The notes beneath the pieces are model-generated. The model did no database searches. It was not told where the DNA came from and was given only the letters and a program-made list of their open reading frames with translations. A stretch of 64,000 bases of DNA from contig NC_045138.2 in the NCBI RefSeq assembly GCF_008831285.2, positions 13,702,001 to 13,766,000 of the forward strand. Reading direction: 5' to 3'. Below are positions 47,801 through 61,949 of the stretch, piece after piece. The stretch is from Nymphaea colorata (taxonomy: Eukaryota). The position numbers and the translations under genes are program-made. Every line of letters begins with the position of its first letter. The first letter of the stretch is position 1.

Positions 47801-50800
47801 AGAGTTAATGTTGCTCTAGCTTCTATATTTATATTTTCAAGAATGGAATACAACTTCCAGCTCAGTTCTATCTACTACTAAGATTTTCCAATCAACGTAC
47901 TATACCTATTGGGGCAAAACCTGTCAAACACTTTTTAAAGTTTCAAGTTCCAAATTACACTCCAAATAAATCTTTCATCTGCTGTAAACTCAGCAGAATC
48001 AAAGAACAATAACAAATCTAGAAGCATTCTATTCTCAAAACGTGACCAGGTATTGAAATTTTATCTACAGGAAAGAAGTTCAGAATGAAAACTCATTTTT
48101 GTCTGTCTAAAGCAACAAAATCTCAACACACTAACAAACCTTTGGCTGTCTCCTCGAAGTAGCTTTGAGCATTTAAACACTGGTTTCAGTTTCATAAAAC
48201 GTGGATCTGTATCCTTAATATGACCAGATACAAATAGCGCCTTGATGATCCTGGGAGTAGGAATTTCCCACCTTCATACATGTAAAAGGATAGCTAGAAG
48301 TCAAATTTTCAAGGTTCATTAAAATACAGTAAAGTACATTATAGAAAAAAGAAGTCATGAAGTTCCACATATGGCCTGTGAACAAAAGGTTCTAGATAAG
48401 GACTTTTTGTAAAAATAAAATTATCTCCTCCAAGAGATGGAAAGGAATATGGGGAGTGCTGCTGATGGTCACACACCCATACAGTAAAGTATATTAATAC
48501 CAAAAGCTTTGAAATTATTGATCAACGGGACTATCATTGTAGCCACAAGTGTCCTGTCCCGGACGCTAAGATGGTACACATATTGCAGATGATCAGCATA
48601 AAAATGCACATGATGGAAACTTCAACAATAACTTAAAGCGCGAGGACCTTTTTGGGCAATTAGACAAATAAAAGAGCATAAAGAAATAAGATTGTGCCGG
48701 AAAGCAAGTGAATTTCTTGTTGGTCACTGTAACTTTGCCTTTAAGGTTTTTCCCAATTGAAAGTAGTCCCTGCATGGCCGAAAGAAAATGTCATCCTCCA
48801 TGCTCTTCAGCAATTGCAGCAACTATACTGCAATATGGCAAGGACATGCCAAAAAGCGGCACTAAAACACAAAGCCAAACAATATGGGGAAATATAGTCT
48901 AGCTTATTGAACTGGAATACATTTGGGCATTTGCAGGATGACATAATCTGGGATAGTTCCACCCAGTTTATCATGGTTCATATCATCCTATGTGCTGAGA
49001 AATTTAGCTGTTATCCTTGGGTTCTGCGACATGAGGTATGTCAACAGGTCCAGATTTGGACAAGAAAGTAGCTCCCCAATTTTGGCCTGATATAAATAAA
49101 GAAAGGAATAGATGGTAACCAGTAAGCTGGTTGGGCATGATAAGGATACCCTGATCTCCCTAACGACAGCCTACTTTGTGTTATTTGCTAAATGGTCTTC
49201 TCCAGCAAGCCAACTGAAACCATAATGCAACTAGGAGTGTACTCACTCAGCAACAGTTTGTGGACCCAAAATACTAGCTCATCCACGTAACTGACTAGCT
49301 ATGGTTACACATAACAGGAAATAGATCATATGCATCTAAGCAAAAAATAGTTAACAACCACCTATTGGAAAATTTGTCCAATCGCAGCCTCATTCGTCCA
49401 AAGAAAGGTAGATGACGTCAAGGATTCAAGTGCAGAACTTACAAAATGGAACTGTTTAAGCCACATTAACAACATAAAAACAATTAAAGCAGGCAGTGTT
49501 CATGTGACATACACTTGTATGGAGCCATCTCCAAGTACCACTGCCAGAAAACCCATGCGGCAGCAGTTTCCTTGCTTAGAGCAAGGCTTCCATTTAACAT
49601 CCAAAGCAACTCTCCCATCATGAACCAAGGATAGAACAAATTTGGGCAGAGCCAGCTCCTTCAGAGCATCAATTGATGGACTACTATCACCATGCAGAAG
49701 TGATTTAGAATCACCAAGATGAACTGATGGAGAAAGTGGATCGGCACAGGAAGACCCTGTCCTTGCTTGATCTTTCAACTTTCTCTTTTTCTTAGCAGGA
49801 ATCAAGCCTAACTTCTGTGTGGACAAACTTTCTGTCTCATCAGCAATCATATTTACAGCTAAACCACCAACATTTCCTTGAATACCATTTAAATCAGCAC
49901 CAGCAGCTTTTCCAATAGTGCTAGATATGGATACATTGCCATTTGTATCTTCACGTGCAGACTTCCTCCCATCAGGCCGCCTTTTCAATCTGGCTTCGTG
50001 AGAAGATGAAAAGGAATCCTGCTTTGAAATGACACTTAAAAGTAACCATATCTGGACAAAACCTGGGCCAGACAGTGCAGTGCCGATCTTATGAAATGGA
50101 GAGTCAGATGGATGGGCAGCAACAGCAAGATACTGAAAGCTAAAATGCAGGAAAATCAGTCACCATGATGCCAATAGGATGGTAACCAAGTTTCCAGACA
50201 CAGAAATGAAAAAGGATCTCATACAAATACAGATACCTAGCCTATCAGGTAGAAGAAAAGGTGAAAAAAGTTGCAGACAAGAAGATTCATAAAAGGTAAG
50301 AAAGCCAATTGAGGGTAAAAAAAGATGTACAACTCCCAAATACAACCATTATGTGAACTGATGGTAAGAAATCTTCTTTCACGTAGTGTCAGCATTTCAC
50401 TTTAGTTGAGCTATCTGTATATATGAAGTAGCTGTTTGTTGTTTAGCTAGTGCCGAAAGCAACTAAGGCAGGCAGAAGGCAGAACAGTAGGGCAATTAAG
50501 TGGCTGGAACAAAAAAATATATGCTTTTTTTAAAATTTTAACCCAGATTCTTTTAATTTTTTAATGATTTGGTTGCACCATTGCAGAGAGAAGAGACTGA
50601 GAAGGGAAGGGAGATCAAAAGGTCCACCATAAAATTGTTCTTCTTCTTCTTTCTTTTCCCTCATATGGTTCTTTTCCTCCTCTTTCTTTAACTATCTTCC
50701 AGGAGTTGCCTAGACTCAGTCAGGTCCTTTTAGTGACTGGCTACTCCGTGTATTTACTACATTGTGCACTGTGAGAACTTACTATTTTTTTATTATGCAT

Positions 50801-53800
50801 GCACTACTTTTTTAGTAAATGGAGGTGTAAAAGAGTGCTACTTATAAATTGATTGTTTCGCAACAACTGCAGAGCAGATCAACTTTTGAATACAAATATG
50901 ATAGACAAAATCAACTCGTCCAAGATAAAATTTGTATCACTATACTTTTGATCTCACAAATATCATTCTTGGATTTATATCAGCCAAATTTTTCTGCAGT
51001 ATTAATCAGAAAGTTTATCTCAGAAAATTTTCACGAATTCAAAAATAAATATATAAAAATATTTTCAAAATATAAAAATTCAGTTTTCTAGTAATTTTCT
51101 TACAAAAACCTTGACAAAAACTCAAAATAGTGAAAAATGTTAAAACCAGCCTCAAAAGATATATTAATTGTTTTCTAAAAAATTGCAATAAATGCACTTT
51201 GACGTGTATCTCAAAATAAATGCAATATAGTATTTTTTTATTTTAAAAAATACTAAAAATTAGAAAAAAATAAAATAAGTAAGAAACTAATAACACAAAC
51301 ATCAAAAAATAAGTAAACAAGCAACAACTAAAAATTAAAAATGGAAACAAGTAGTTTGGCGTTAAAAAAAAATGAAAAAAAACAATTAAAATGAAAAAAT
51401 AGGAAAAATGAAAAAAAAAAAAACATGTTTCTTCATGTTTTTCCATTTTGGCATTATTTTCAGAAAAACAGCATTTTAAAGTTTTAAATGGCTGACTTAT
51501 TTCTCGTGTTTTACACGCGATTTTTGTGGCTAATATATAAACAAATTTTGAAATTTTGGTCATATTTCAAAATGTCACAATTTTCCTGCATCTTTTTGTT
51601 TAACCTTTCTATATCTTTCTTAATAAAAAAACAAAGGAAAATGACATTTTGACAATGATTGGAAGATCCCAAAAGAGGAGCACCTCAAAAAGCTCGTGCT
51701 GGTTCATGAATCATAATTCTTAGGCCAAGGAGGGAACTAGCAGCTATTAAATGATGTGACTAAACGACAAGACAACTTTGAAATTGACTATTATTAGAAA
51801 TTTAAGCAACCAATTTCCAAGTACTCACAAGAAAAATGGAAAATCAAAAACTCTTTGAAGAAGCATAAAGGCATACTTGTACGCATTGCTTTACAGCTAG
51901 ATGAGGAACACGTGATATCAAGATTACCTCACAACTGATGCCAGATTCATGTGCCAGTTGAGTGCCATAACACCAATCCAATGCCCATACTGGCCCACCA
52001 ACTTGCAAGACAAAGCCATCACTAAGAAAAACAAAAACAGTGATCAACATTCATAAGTTTAATGGCAAAAAGAAACAAAATTGAGCAAATTACAACAAAA
52101 AAAGTGAAATAAAATATCATCATCATTTATTGTGCAAACCACGAGGTTTTCTTGATTTTGGCTTTAACCTAATTTTATTAATTTAGGCCAATATGATCCC
52201 ATGGAGAGGTATTTATGCTTATTTGTAAGCAGATGAAATATAAGATATCTGTAGCATTTCTAATTTGCAACTCTGAGCTAGTGAAATTTGTAATAACATT
52301 TCTATTTAGATGAAAAAGGATGTCAAAAGTTGTCAGCCCATAACTGATTATGATTTGACTCAAGTGAAGGTTAGTGACATGGGTACATGGGTTTGGCACA
52401 CATACCGGTGTCGGTATGCCGATACGGTGAATCGGGTACACCGACACACGTTGGGTATGGTTGTATCGGTTTTGGGTTGGAACCAATCCATACCACATAT
52501 TTTATTCTTTTTATGTTTTAAACTTCAAAAACTTAAAATTTAACCCTCGACACCCCTTTTTACTGACACTTCCCTTCTCCCTTTCAAGTCTTTAGACGCC
52601 TGTCACCGTAAATTGGTGGCCGGCAGTGAGGAGATCGCCAGCCGACAGCGACCAGCAACTGATGGGGAAAGTCTTATCATTGCAGGCAAGGAAAGTAAGA
52701 TTTCTTTTTCCTATTTTTACATCTGATTCTATTTTTGGGGATTTCCTTGCTATTTCCCCTTTTGTTGTTCAGTAACCGAAATTTCTTCCCTCCATCTCTG
52801 TGTTTTTTCTGTTACTACTATTGTTGTTTTTTCATGTAGCATGTTATGGGGTACTCCACCACCATTTTGTTGTTCAATTATTGCCCTGGCATTCAATCTC
52901 TGAGTTCTGCTGTCTTCTTTCACTTAATATTTTTTGTTGCTGCTCAAAATCTGTTGTGCTAGAATGGCCTTGGTCATATACATATGGTCGAATGGTCCTA
53001 ATCCTCTTGTTTAGCTTACAGTTTGTAACTTATATGAATATTGTTCTGTTTAAAGCTTTTCCTCTTTAAACAGCTACCAGATCTGTTTCCATTGACATAC
53101 CTGGATTGTTTTAAACACACAACCAGGTGACTTAGTTATAACAATCCACACTGTTAAATTGTTAATTTTGTTTTTTTTGTATGAATTTTGTTTTAATATT
53201 GATTTTTTTGTGGGATTTTGCATATATATATACACACCCATATTTTTCTAAAATCACTGAACCTGTACCTGCCTCACCGTACACCCATGTGACTTGGATA
53301 TTCTAGCTTAAACGAACAGCTATTCAAAGCCATATGAGTGAAATAAAATTTTTTTAGATCCCATAGTAGTTGATTCAAGCTCTTTACGAAACATTTTAAA
53401 TTTTCATAACTCCCCATGTAAAAGAGACCAAAAAAATAATAATAATATGTGCTCAGCCACACTCTAGATTTACAGTAATATTCTAGGAACTGCTGATACA
53501 TCCCTATTCCCTAAGAATTAGATGAACCCTAGGTAATAGAAATATCATCTCATTTATAGATGAACATTAGCAATACCATGCTTTTGTGGGTTTACTCTTG
53601 CTAGGTTCACTCTCTACCTGCACAAGAAGGGGAAGATGTTAATACATGGTCCAAGGAAGAATATTGTAAACTCTTAGATATCCATTCTCCAGGGAGAAAA
53701 CATGCCAATAACCAAAGCAACAACAGAACTACTGAAGGAATGTTCTGGAATCAGAGAGATGGTTCTGCTACTTCCTTACCTTAAGGATACTTGCAGCAGA

Positions 53801-55375
53801 GAACTGTGATAGTTCAAATGTATATCTTAGGTCTGATCTTCCTGGGGTTCCAACATCATGCGAAAACCTGATACCCTGTGGCTTGTAATTGCAAAACTGC
53901 TTCCATCCTCTACAAACAAATTTTTACACCCGTGACAATAATATGTATAAAATAGCCGGATTGAGTGTAAGAAAAATGAAAAATAAAAATACAGACACAC
54001 AACCTCTATCAAACCAATAATCAAGCTACATTGTTATATCATTAAGAAGATGAAATCATGAAAAATTTGCCTGAGTGAAGCCCATGAACTCCACTACTTT
54101 CCAGGTACCATACAAGGCAACCAGTGGAACCCTTCCTCACCTAAACTCCTGGCTCCCCACTGAAGGTAACACTATCCATGTGGCATGGTTTCCAGAGTCT
54201 AGATGTTATGCTTTTTTATTGAGTTTTTCTGTTTATTGTCTTCAAATTGTCTGTTGAGTTTTTAAGGAGGTAGCAGATCTGCGTTGCATATAACAATTCG
54301 GCCAACATGAAAATCATTTTTTAAGGTGACATCTTCAAGGTTCGTATATAATCTTTCACTTTCTCCTTCATTCTACTGAAGATCTTTTCATGAGCTACCG
54401 ATTCTACCATTGTTTTCATAATATTCTAGGGAATTCTTTTTCAACACTCGTAACAATTGAAGTCCTTTTTTCATTTGTATTATTTCATTTGAAGCTAAAT
54501 TTACAGGTATTTTGTTTCTCGTTTGGAGTAGGAAAAGATTTTTTTTGTTATATAGTCGGTCAGCACGTACTTCCGTCAGATATTTCGCGAGGCCCACCAT
54601 CAAGGTTTCCCTATTTGTTAATCTGAATCATGCAGTACTGACCCATTAAGCAAAGAAGACCTTAAGCATCCCACGACACTGCGTAACCCTCACAGAAACG
54701 CCATTCCAAATCCTTTTTTATGTAAATCATAGGTATCCAGCATTATTCAGTGTACTAGAACCTCAACATCCCAACTACCAAAAAAAGAAGATCGATATCT
54801 GAAAGAATTTGTTTTGAGATCGGACATGCCACAATGTTTATATGTCATAACCACTCACTATTAGTTCTTAAAATCCCGTACTCTTAAAGAAAATCTAATA
54901 AAAGTAATTAACCTCTTTGATATTAGAAGGTTATTTACGAGTCTATGACTAGAAGCAGGTGCAAAGGGAAAAGCTACATCGTACATACTCAAGAACTATT
55001 GAATCAGCAGTTGAACACACTAGAACGAACTTTAACTCCTGAAAAGATCGCAAGAACATATAGCTAAAATCATACAACATAACAGAACTAAATCGCTTAC
55101 CTTACAAAGGTAACCAAAGACGAGAAGCGCTTGATCTCATCCTCCAGACCGCCTTCCTCATCTTCCCTGCTGTACAGTGAAGAGATCAAATCCAGCGTCC
55201 TCAAATGGCCCTCCCCACAGTAATCAAAAAAGGCAATCGAAGGTCCATCCGAAGCCACGGTTGGTTCTCCTAAAAGATCCTCCGCCTTCTTCGTTCCGCG
55301 TCTCTTTCCGCGACCACCACCTCCGTCCGCCTTCTTCCTCCCTCTTCCTCTCCCTCGCCCACCATCCTCCCCCAT
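41812..55375 (-). CDS. GTF3C2: WD40-repeat protein, general transcription factor IIIC subunit 2-like (TFIIIC110/Tfc6 type), about 810 aa
   Basis: 15 exons: 55375-55101, 53909-53780, 53617-53577, 52021-51928, 50132-49513, 48271-48140, 46841-46769, 45762-45723, 45037-44966, 44048-43958, 43854-43777, 43549-43377, 42836-42790, 42519-42294, 42152-41812 (2433 nt in frame). Motifs VGGPVWALDWC, YLAVAAHP, VALDVKWKP, LLLVGCHDGTVAMWKF, IRAISWAP, RFWDIRDPFRPLWD, MNRVRWNPN...WLCYGGAAGIIRCQEI. The exon 9/10 junction is uncertain. Confidence 0.87.
52374..53295. mobile_element. Degenerate intronic DNA-transposon-like insertion
   Basis: Imperfect inverted ends AGTGACATGGGT / ACCCATGTGACT with GATACGG/GTACC-type subterminal words; no TSD seen. 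Confidence 0.3.
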
Positions 55376-57364
55376 CCCTCCGTCAGAAACGGGACAGCTA
55401 AAACAACACCAAGAACTTGAGCAACGAAATCATCTGACCGAGGGTCTTTTGCAATGTCGATCACGTTCGACAGCCGTAACTCCACGGAATCTAAAAATTC
55501 CAATAATGAGAAGAAGAACCCCCCAAAACAACAGCGGGGACTTCTTGGGCACTTTCAGTTCCAAGAGGAATCAAAACCCTAGAAAGAACCGCAGACTCGG
55601 GGGAAGCACTCGTCCGCAAGATCAAACCAGATAAAAGAAGGGAGAGAATACACGGGGATGGAAGAACCCAAAGCCCAAAACCCTTGGATCGCGTCACACA
55701 GATAAAACCATTTTTCGAAACGCACAACAGAACCTCAACAAGGCGCCGCCAACGTGGTTAGAGATGAAACAAAAGGAACCGTCAATATAAACGCATCAAG
55801 AAGAGTTGGATGCTCGGCGCGCATCTCTTCAAGCGCTTCTTTGCGAGTCCTCCAACCCAAATCTTATCTAAGAAGAGTTGGCGTCGTCTTTTTCTCTTCA
55901 CAATTTTAGTGGTGTGCTTATTGGCAGCCTGTCCCTGGCCGCCTGGGCTGCAATTCATTGAGTCAAGATGCCTGGGGCGTTGGCGCTACGGAGCTGCCTT
56001 TCACTCAAAGCCTTGGTTCCAGCGGCTAAGAGAGCGACAAGGTGCTTAGTTAGTGGGTAGCTGACTAGTTATGTGCCATAGTGCTCTTGACAATCATCTG
56101 TCCTCTTGAAAAGAAAAACGTTTGTGTTTTTAGAATACCTTTTCTTATGACACATATTCCAAGCACACGTATTCTTGTTTATACAAAAAAAAAAAAAAAA
56201 AAGGTGAGATTATGGATGGTTTTTCAATCAAGATAATCACACAATGTTTCCTAAAACATGAACATGATATTTTTGAAACATTAAACAATGTTTCTGTAGT
56301 CAACCTCTCCTAGTGCACTGCATAGACTATGCAAGTTATGAAGGGTAGGTCCTCCCTAGTTCCCTCTTAGGACTTGCATAATTGAGGAACAATCAAGGAT
56401 GACTTCTGTCCTTTGAAGATACTCCTTCTCTTTCCTTTATGTCAAGAGATTGTTGCTAGACTTGCCTTGGCTTGGCCAAGTATCCAAGCCACCCCAATCA
56501 ACTATACCTGGCTTACTAAACTCACCTCTTCTGCAAGGCCATTCAACTAGGAAACCAAAGGACAAGAGTGGAGCCGTTTGTAAATCTTTTCGTCTACTAC
56601 GAGTAGCAGCTTTTTACTACTTCCTTTTGTAAATTCTTCGTCAGCTTTATTTACTGTTATTGGTCCGACGCCTGGGGAACCTGTACTGTATGCCGACTGT
56701 GATGAAAACGCCAAGTGTGCATGTTCATCTTACCTGCAGTTGGGTTCTGTCTACCACCACGGAAACTGATGGATGAGACTGCAGAGACGAAAAAGTTAGG
56801 AATGCCTGGGAATCGGGTAGTTAGTTGGTGTAGGATGCATCACGTGGGGCAGATGACCGGATCCCAATGATCGGTAGTTGGTGGCTCCTTCCCGGTTGCT
56901 TGCAGATGATGACCTCATCTCCACAACGTAGGCAAAATGTAGGGAGGGAGGTGTTCCCACATTGGGATGTCGTCCGACTCTACCATCCCCTTCACTTCAC
57001 CTATTCGCTCTCTGTCTCTGCCTCTCCCGTTCTCTCATTTCATGGCATTTCTTGTTCTGATTCCCCTAAGTGCTTGTTACTCTCTCTTGGTATTGAGAGT
57101 ATTAGTGATGAGGGGTGCATCCTGTGCAGGGGCTGAGGTTGGGCCCCTCAAGTTTCTGAAATTTATTTTTTTTTTAAAAATTGTTGTTCAGCCCGTGTAA
57201 GATTTTGAAACAAATCGAGGTTGAAGTCTATTAAAATTTTAAGATTGTTTGGCCCAACTGAAGATGAAATCCTGGCTCTATAGTTTTCAGAATGAAGTTG
57301 GTTGTTCCCCCATCTCCCCCCTTCTTTTTCTCTCTCTATTCTCTTAAAAGATTTACCAATAGAA

Positions 57365-57365
<1 letters not shown>

Positions 57366-57400
<35 letters not shown>
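57366..57400. repeat. (TA)n microsatellite
   Basis: Uninterrupted TA run. Confidence 0.9.
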
Positions 57401-57403
<3 letters not shown>

Positions 57404-58250
57404 CATTTGCTTAGTTTACTAAAACTCTTGCTCTTCCTCTTGGCCCTTTGGATGCTTGAGCACAAGAGTTTGTCATGCATAGTCTGGCTGGTTTATTCTT
57501 GAGGTCACCCTTTGCTTCTATTTATAATCGACTATACGTGCCAATCCTGTTGGAAAAGGAGACGAAAGCTGAGTTGCACGCCAGGGTAGCGCATGATCTG
57601 CTACCTAGAACAACGCAGAAGACATCTATCTGATCAGCTTTCAGCAGGAGATAAACTATTTCCTTTGCTTTCTATCTATGATAAGTTTACTTTGTGGTTC
57701 ATTTATTTATTTGGAGAAGTATACAAATTTGAACATGGTGATCACTATAAGAAGCACTATGAGCAGAATTACCTAGACTAATGACATGCTCAGATGCTCT
57801 GTTCTTAGTGGAGCTTCTCAGAATATCATTTTTTGAGAATCAAAACGTAGAAATCAGAGACGGGAAATGATCCATTTCATTCTGTTTAATTTGCTCAAGC
57901 AATAAAAGCAAAGTTTAAACGCACCTGCATGGTCCCGTATAACTTCTTGGATGATAATGATATGGAGTTATAACCTGCTCTCTTTTTCTCTCATTATGGT
58001 AAGAAGTGCTGTCAGTGTGCTTTTACCATGAATTTGTTTCTATCACTAACATTCTTCATCTCCCATATCATATATATAGATGGGGATAGGGATGTCAACC
58101 GATCAGATTCAAATTGTATATACATTTGATCATATCCGATTTTTCGGATATTCATATATTCAGATTCGGATTAGGATTCAAATTCGGATGAAATAAAGTT
58201 TATATCTTATCCAAATCCGACTTTAAAATCTACATCCGAATCCGATTTTT

Positions 58251-58478
58251 TAGTTATACTTGAATCCGATCAGAATCCGAATTTTAAGTTATATCCAAAT
58301 CCGATCCGAATCCAAATTTTAAGTTATATCCAAATCCGATCCGAATCCGAATTTTAAGTTATATCCAAATCCAATCCGAATCGATTTTAAAGTTATACCT
58401 GAATCCGATCTGAATCCAAATTTTAAGTTATATCCAAATCGGATCCGAATCAAACTTTTAAGTTATATCTGAATCTGA
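58251..58478. repeat. 35-bp subterminal tandem array
   Basis: Unit AAGTTATATCCAAATCCGATCCGAATCC(A/G)AATTTT, about 6 copies. Confidence 0.88.
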
Positions 58479-58927
58479 ACCTTGAGAGCTTGACGTCCCC
58501 AACGTTTTGAAGGTAGGACGGATGGTTGGGCAAAATGTCTAGCCAAACGCACCAACTTAAAGCTATAACACAAGAAAGATTATAAATTATATAGAAATAG
58601 ATAATCTGATTAAGAGATAATGGCTTTTATAAAGTTGCATATAATAATAGTCAAATAGTTATCATGTACACCATTTAACTTAAATTATTTAAAACTATAT
58701 CACATAAAACTAATTAACTAATAATTCATATTGTATTTAATTAAACGTTTTTGTGTAAACAAGTAAGACATCAACTAAATAGGATATCTTAAATAATGTA
58801 TCTATTTAATTAAAAATAATAAAAAAACTTATATTAAGAAATTTCAATAAAATGAGTATTTTTAAAAATATGAAAATTAATCGTAAATAAATGTATTTAA
58901 TATGAAACGGTTGTTGAACTCATAAAA

Positions 58928-59300
58928 AAGTTTATCATATATAAAAAAAATAAAAAAATTATGTTTTGACCTCACTTAAAATTTTAAAACTATGGTTTGG
59001 CTCTTGCAACAAAACAAGTCGTAAGTTTATTGTATATAAAAAAAATAAAAAATTATGTTTTGGCTTCACTTAAAATTTTAAAACTATAGTTTGACTCTTG
59101 CAACAAAACAACTGGTAAGTTTATCGTATATAAAAAAAATAAAAAATTTATGTTTTGGCTTCACTTAAAATTTTAAAATTATAGTTTCACTCTTACAACA
59201 AAACAATTGGTAAGCTTATCATATATAAAAAAAAATTAAGAAATTATGTTTTGGCTATACTTAAAATTTTAAAATTATAGTTTCACTTTCGCAACAAAAA
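58928..59300. repeat. ~95-bp AT-rich tandem array, about 4 copies
   Basis: Units start at about 58928, 59023, 59117 and 59212 (AAGTTTATC...TCACTTAAAATTTTAAAA...GCAACAAAACA). Confidence 0.85.
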
Positions 59301-61949
59301 ATTCTTTAATCAATCTTTACCCCCTATGTATTTAAAGAAATGAGTTTAAGTGTGTCATTTAAACATCAAACTAATTATTCAAAACTAATTAAAAACTATT
59401 TTTTCACATATTCAGTTCTTTTAAAACATTTTTTTAGGAGGCGTTGTACTCATTATAAATGACATTTTGAGTTCTGTTTCACCAATTGGGACTTGGAGTT
59501 GATTTTGTTAATGTTGATAATTGAGGAAAAGTGATGATAGAAGCATGTCAATTAATAGTAAAAGACTAAAATACTTTATTTTATTTTTTTCTTTATTTTT
59601 GTGGGCCAAATCAACGGTTAAGATCACTCTTAATAGGTCAAACACCTAAGCACCTACTGTTCATTGATTCAATTTTCTCTTTTTTCTACTAGTGTATTTG
59701 ACTTTCATATTTTTTTCATAATAATTGTTAAATCAGGTGACCCATATTCTTTTTCATTAAAAAGATATTATTTAATGTTTTTTTAATTTCATTGAGTTAA
59801 TTAAAATAATTTGTGTTACATCTGTAAAAAAAGAGTGTTCAATGATATATCTGATAATTTATTAGCCATCTTACCTTTATTACAATAGTTTTTTTTTTAC
59901 GTAAAATTGTATAAATACTCCAATGATATATAAGATAGTTTACTAAATCAAACAATTTATTGTTTTCCTACAAATTAAAGGTATTTGTTTTCAAGTTTGT
60001 GAATTATGTATTATATATCACATACGTAAGACTTTTGAGTGAATTATATGATAATACAAAATAATTTACTTGACTGATTAAATAAGTAAATTGATAATTT
60101 GATAAATAATATGGAGCAAACTATTATTTAATGATAAAAACTTGTTGAGAATTATTAAATCAAGTGACCCATATTATTTCTCATTTAATAATCAAATCAT
60201 ATAATTTATTAAATAAAATAATTTGATGTTTCCTACTAGTTAAAGGTTTTTTGTTTTTAAATTTGTGAATTATGTGTTATATATCAAATACCTAAGACTT
60301 TTGGACATATTATACAAGATAATTTATTTGATTGATTAAATAAATAATTGATAATTTGATAAATAAAACTCTTTTATGAGTTCAACAGTTGTTTCATATT
60401 AAATATATTTATTTGTGGTTAATTTTCATATTTTTCAAAATACTCATTTTATTGAATTTTCTTGATACAAGTTTTTTTATTATTTTTAATTAAATAAATA
60501 TATTAGTTAAGATATCCTGTTTAGTTGATGTCTTATGTCTTAACTATAATAGTTTGCTTGTTTACACAAAAATGTTTAATTTAATACAATATGAATTATT
60601 AATTAATTAATTTTATGTGATATAGCTTTAAATACTTTAAGTTAAATTGTGTATATAATAACTATTTGACTATTATTACATGCAACTTTATAAAAGTCAG
60701 TATCTCTTAATCAGATTATACCTTCATATACAATTTATATTATTCTTATATCATAACTTTAAGTTGGTGTGTTTGGTTAGACCATTTGTCCAACTATTCA
60801 TAGGTTGCAATTGGGACACCAACTCAAGCTCTAAAGTTCGGATTCGGATATCATCGGATTCAGATGTCAACACCTGCGTTTCAAATTCAGATATCAACTC
60901 ATTCGAAAATCATCGGATTCAGATGCCAGCACCTACGTTTCGGATTCAGATATCAACTCAAGGTTCGGATTCAGATATCAAGCTGTAATTTGGATTCGAA
61001 TATGCTTGTTAAGATGGTTAAGTATCTAAATATGAATCCGTATTCGATCAGAGAAGGTGGTTAAGTATCCAATCGGATATTTACTTAAAACCAAATCCGA
61101 ATCCGATCGGATGTTATTTCTTAAATCCGAATCCGATTTGATTTTCTTATTCGGATGTTAAATTGCTTACCATATCCAATTTTTTAAAGGCAGTTCGAAC
61201 GGATATACGAATCGGATCCGTTGACATCCCTAGATGAACATGTCATTTAAGACCTGTTATATAATGTGGGTCATTTTATGAGGCTTCAACCATAAAGAGA
61301 TGAAATATAATAAGTGGTGCACTTGTAGTTACTTGTAGATAAGATATACATGCATAATCTGTCGACGATTTTGTTTGCTAAAAATAAAAAAAATGTGAAA
61401 ATCTGGTAAAACAGTCATGAACTAAACTAGAAACCAAATTCAACAATCATGTTATTTTGACACTCGCATGCACTTGGATGGCTCTGCTCCATCTTAAAGT
61501 ATATCTCTTGAAAGTGGGCAGCATTCCTCGCTGCCCCACCACCAAATTGACCTTTACGTGGTTTCAAAAAATTTGCCTTCGTATGAGACATAATTTTACT
61601 TTGAGGAAAGATAGAAAGATAGATGCTTCAGACTCTAGCTGTTTCCTGAACCGACCAGACTGGCAGCCATTAATGGGGCCACACGATCTGGATCATCTGA
61701 CCTACATTGTACAGGGGGCGCCACAGACAAATGGATCATGACCAGCTCTTAGCGACAGACAACCCAGTTCCCAAGTTGCCGAACTTGGCAACTTGAGTGT
61801 TTTAAATCAGTTCAAGAAACATGACAACTTGCACGGGCTCAGGCATGAACAGCGATGTGAGCCAATAACAATAAGTGAAACCTAGATTGCTGCCCAGAGA
61901 AGAAAAAAATATACGGCCACTATGTTTGAAGAGAATGACACTGTAAGGT

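Larger units (their letters stand above)
58087..61232. mobile_element. Non-autonomous hAT (Ac/Ds-like) element with long inverted arms
   Basis: Perfect 13-bp TIR TAGGGATGTCAAC / GTTGACATCCCTA; flanks GATGGGGA / GATGAACA (5/8); dense AATCCG/CGGATT subterminal repeats at both ends; no transposase ORF. Confidence 0.85.

Noticed and set aside
55449..57200. Short ORFs and small stems upstream of the GTF3C2-like gene
   Set aside because: No domain similarity, splice structure or known miRNA sequence recognised; stems are short and imperfect.
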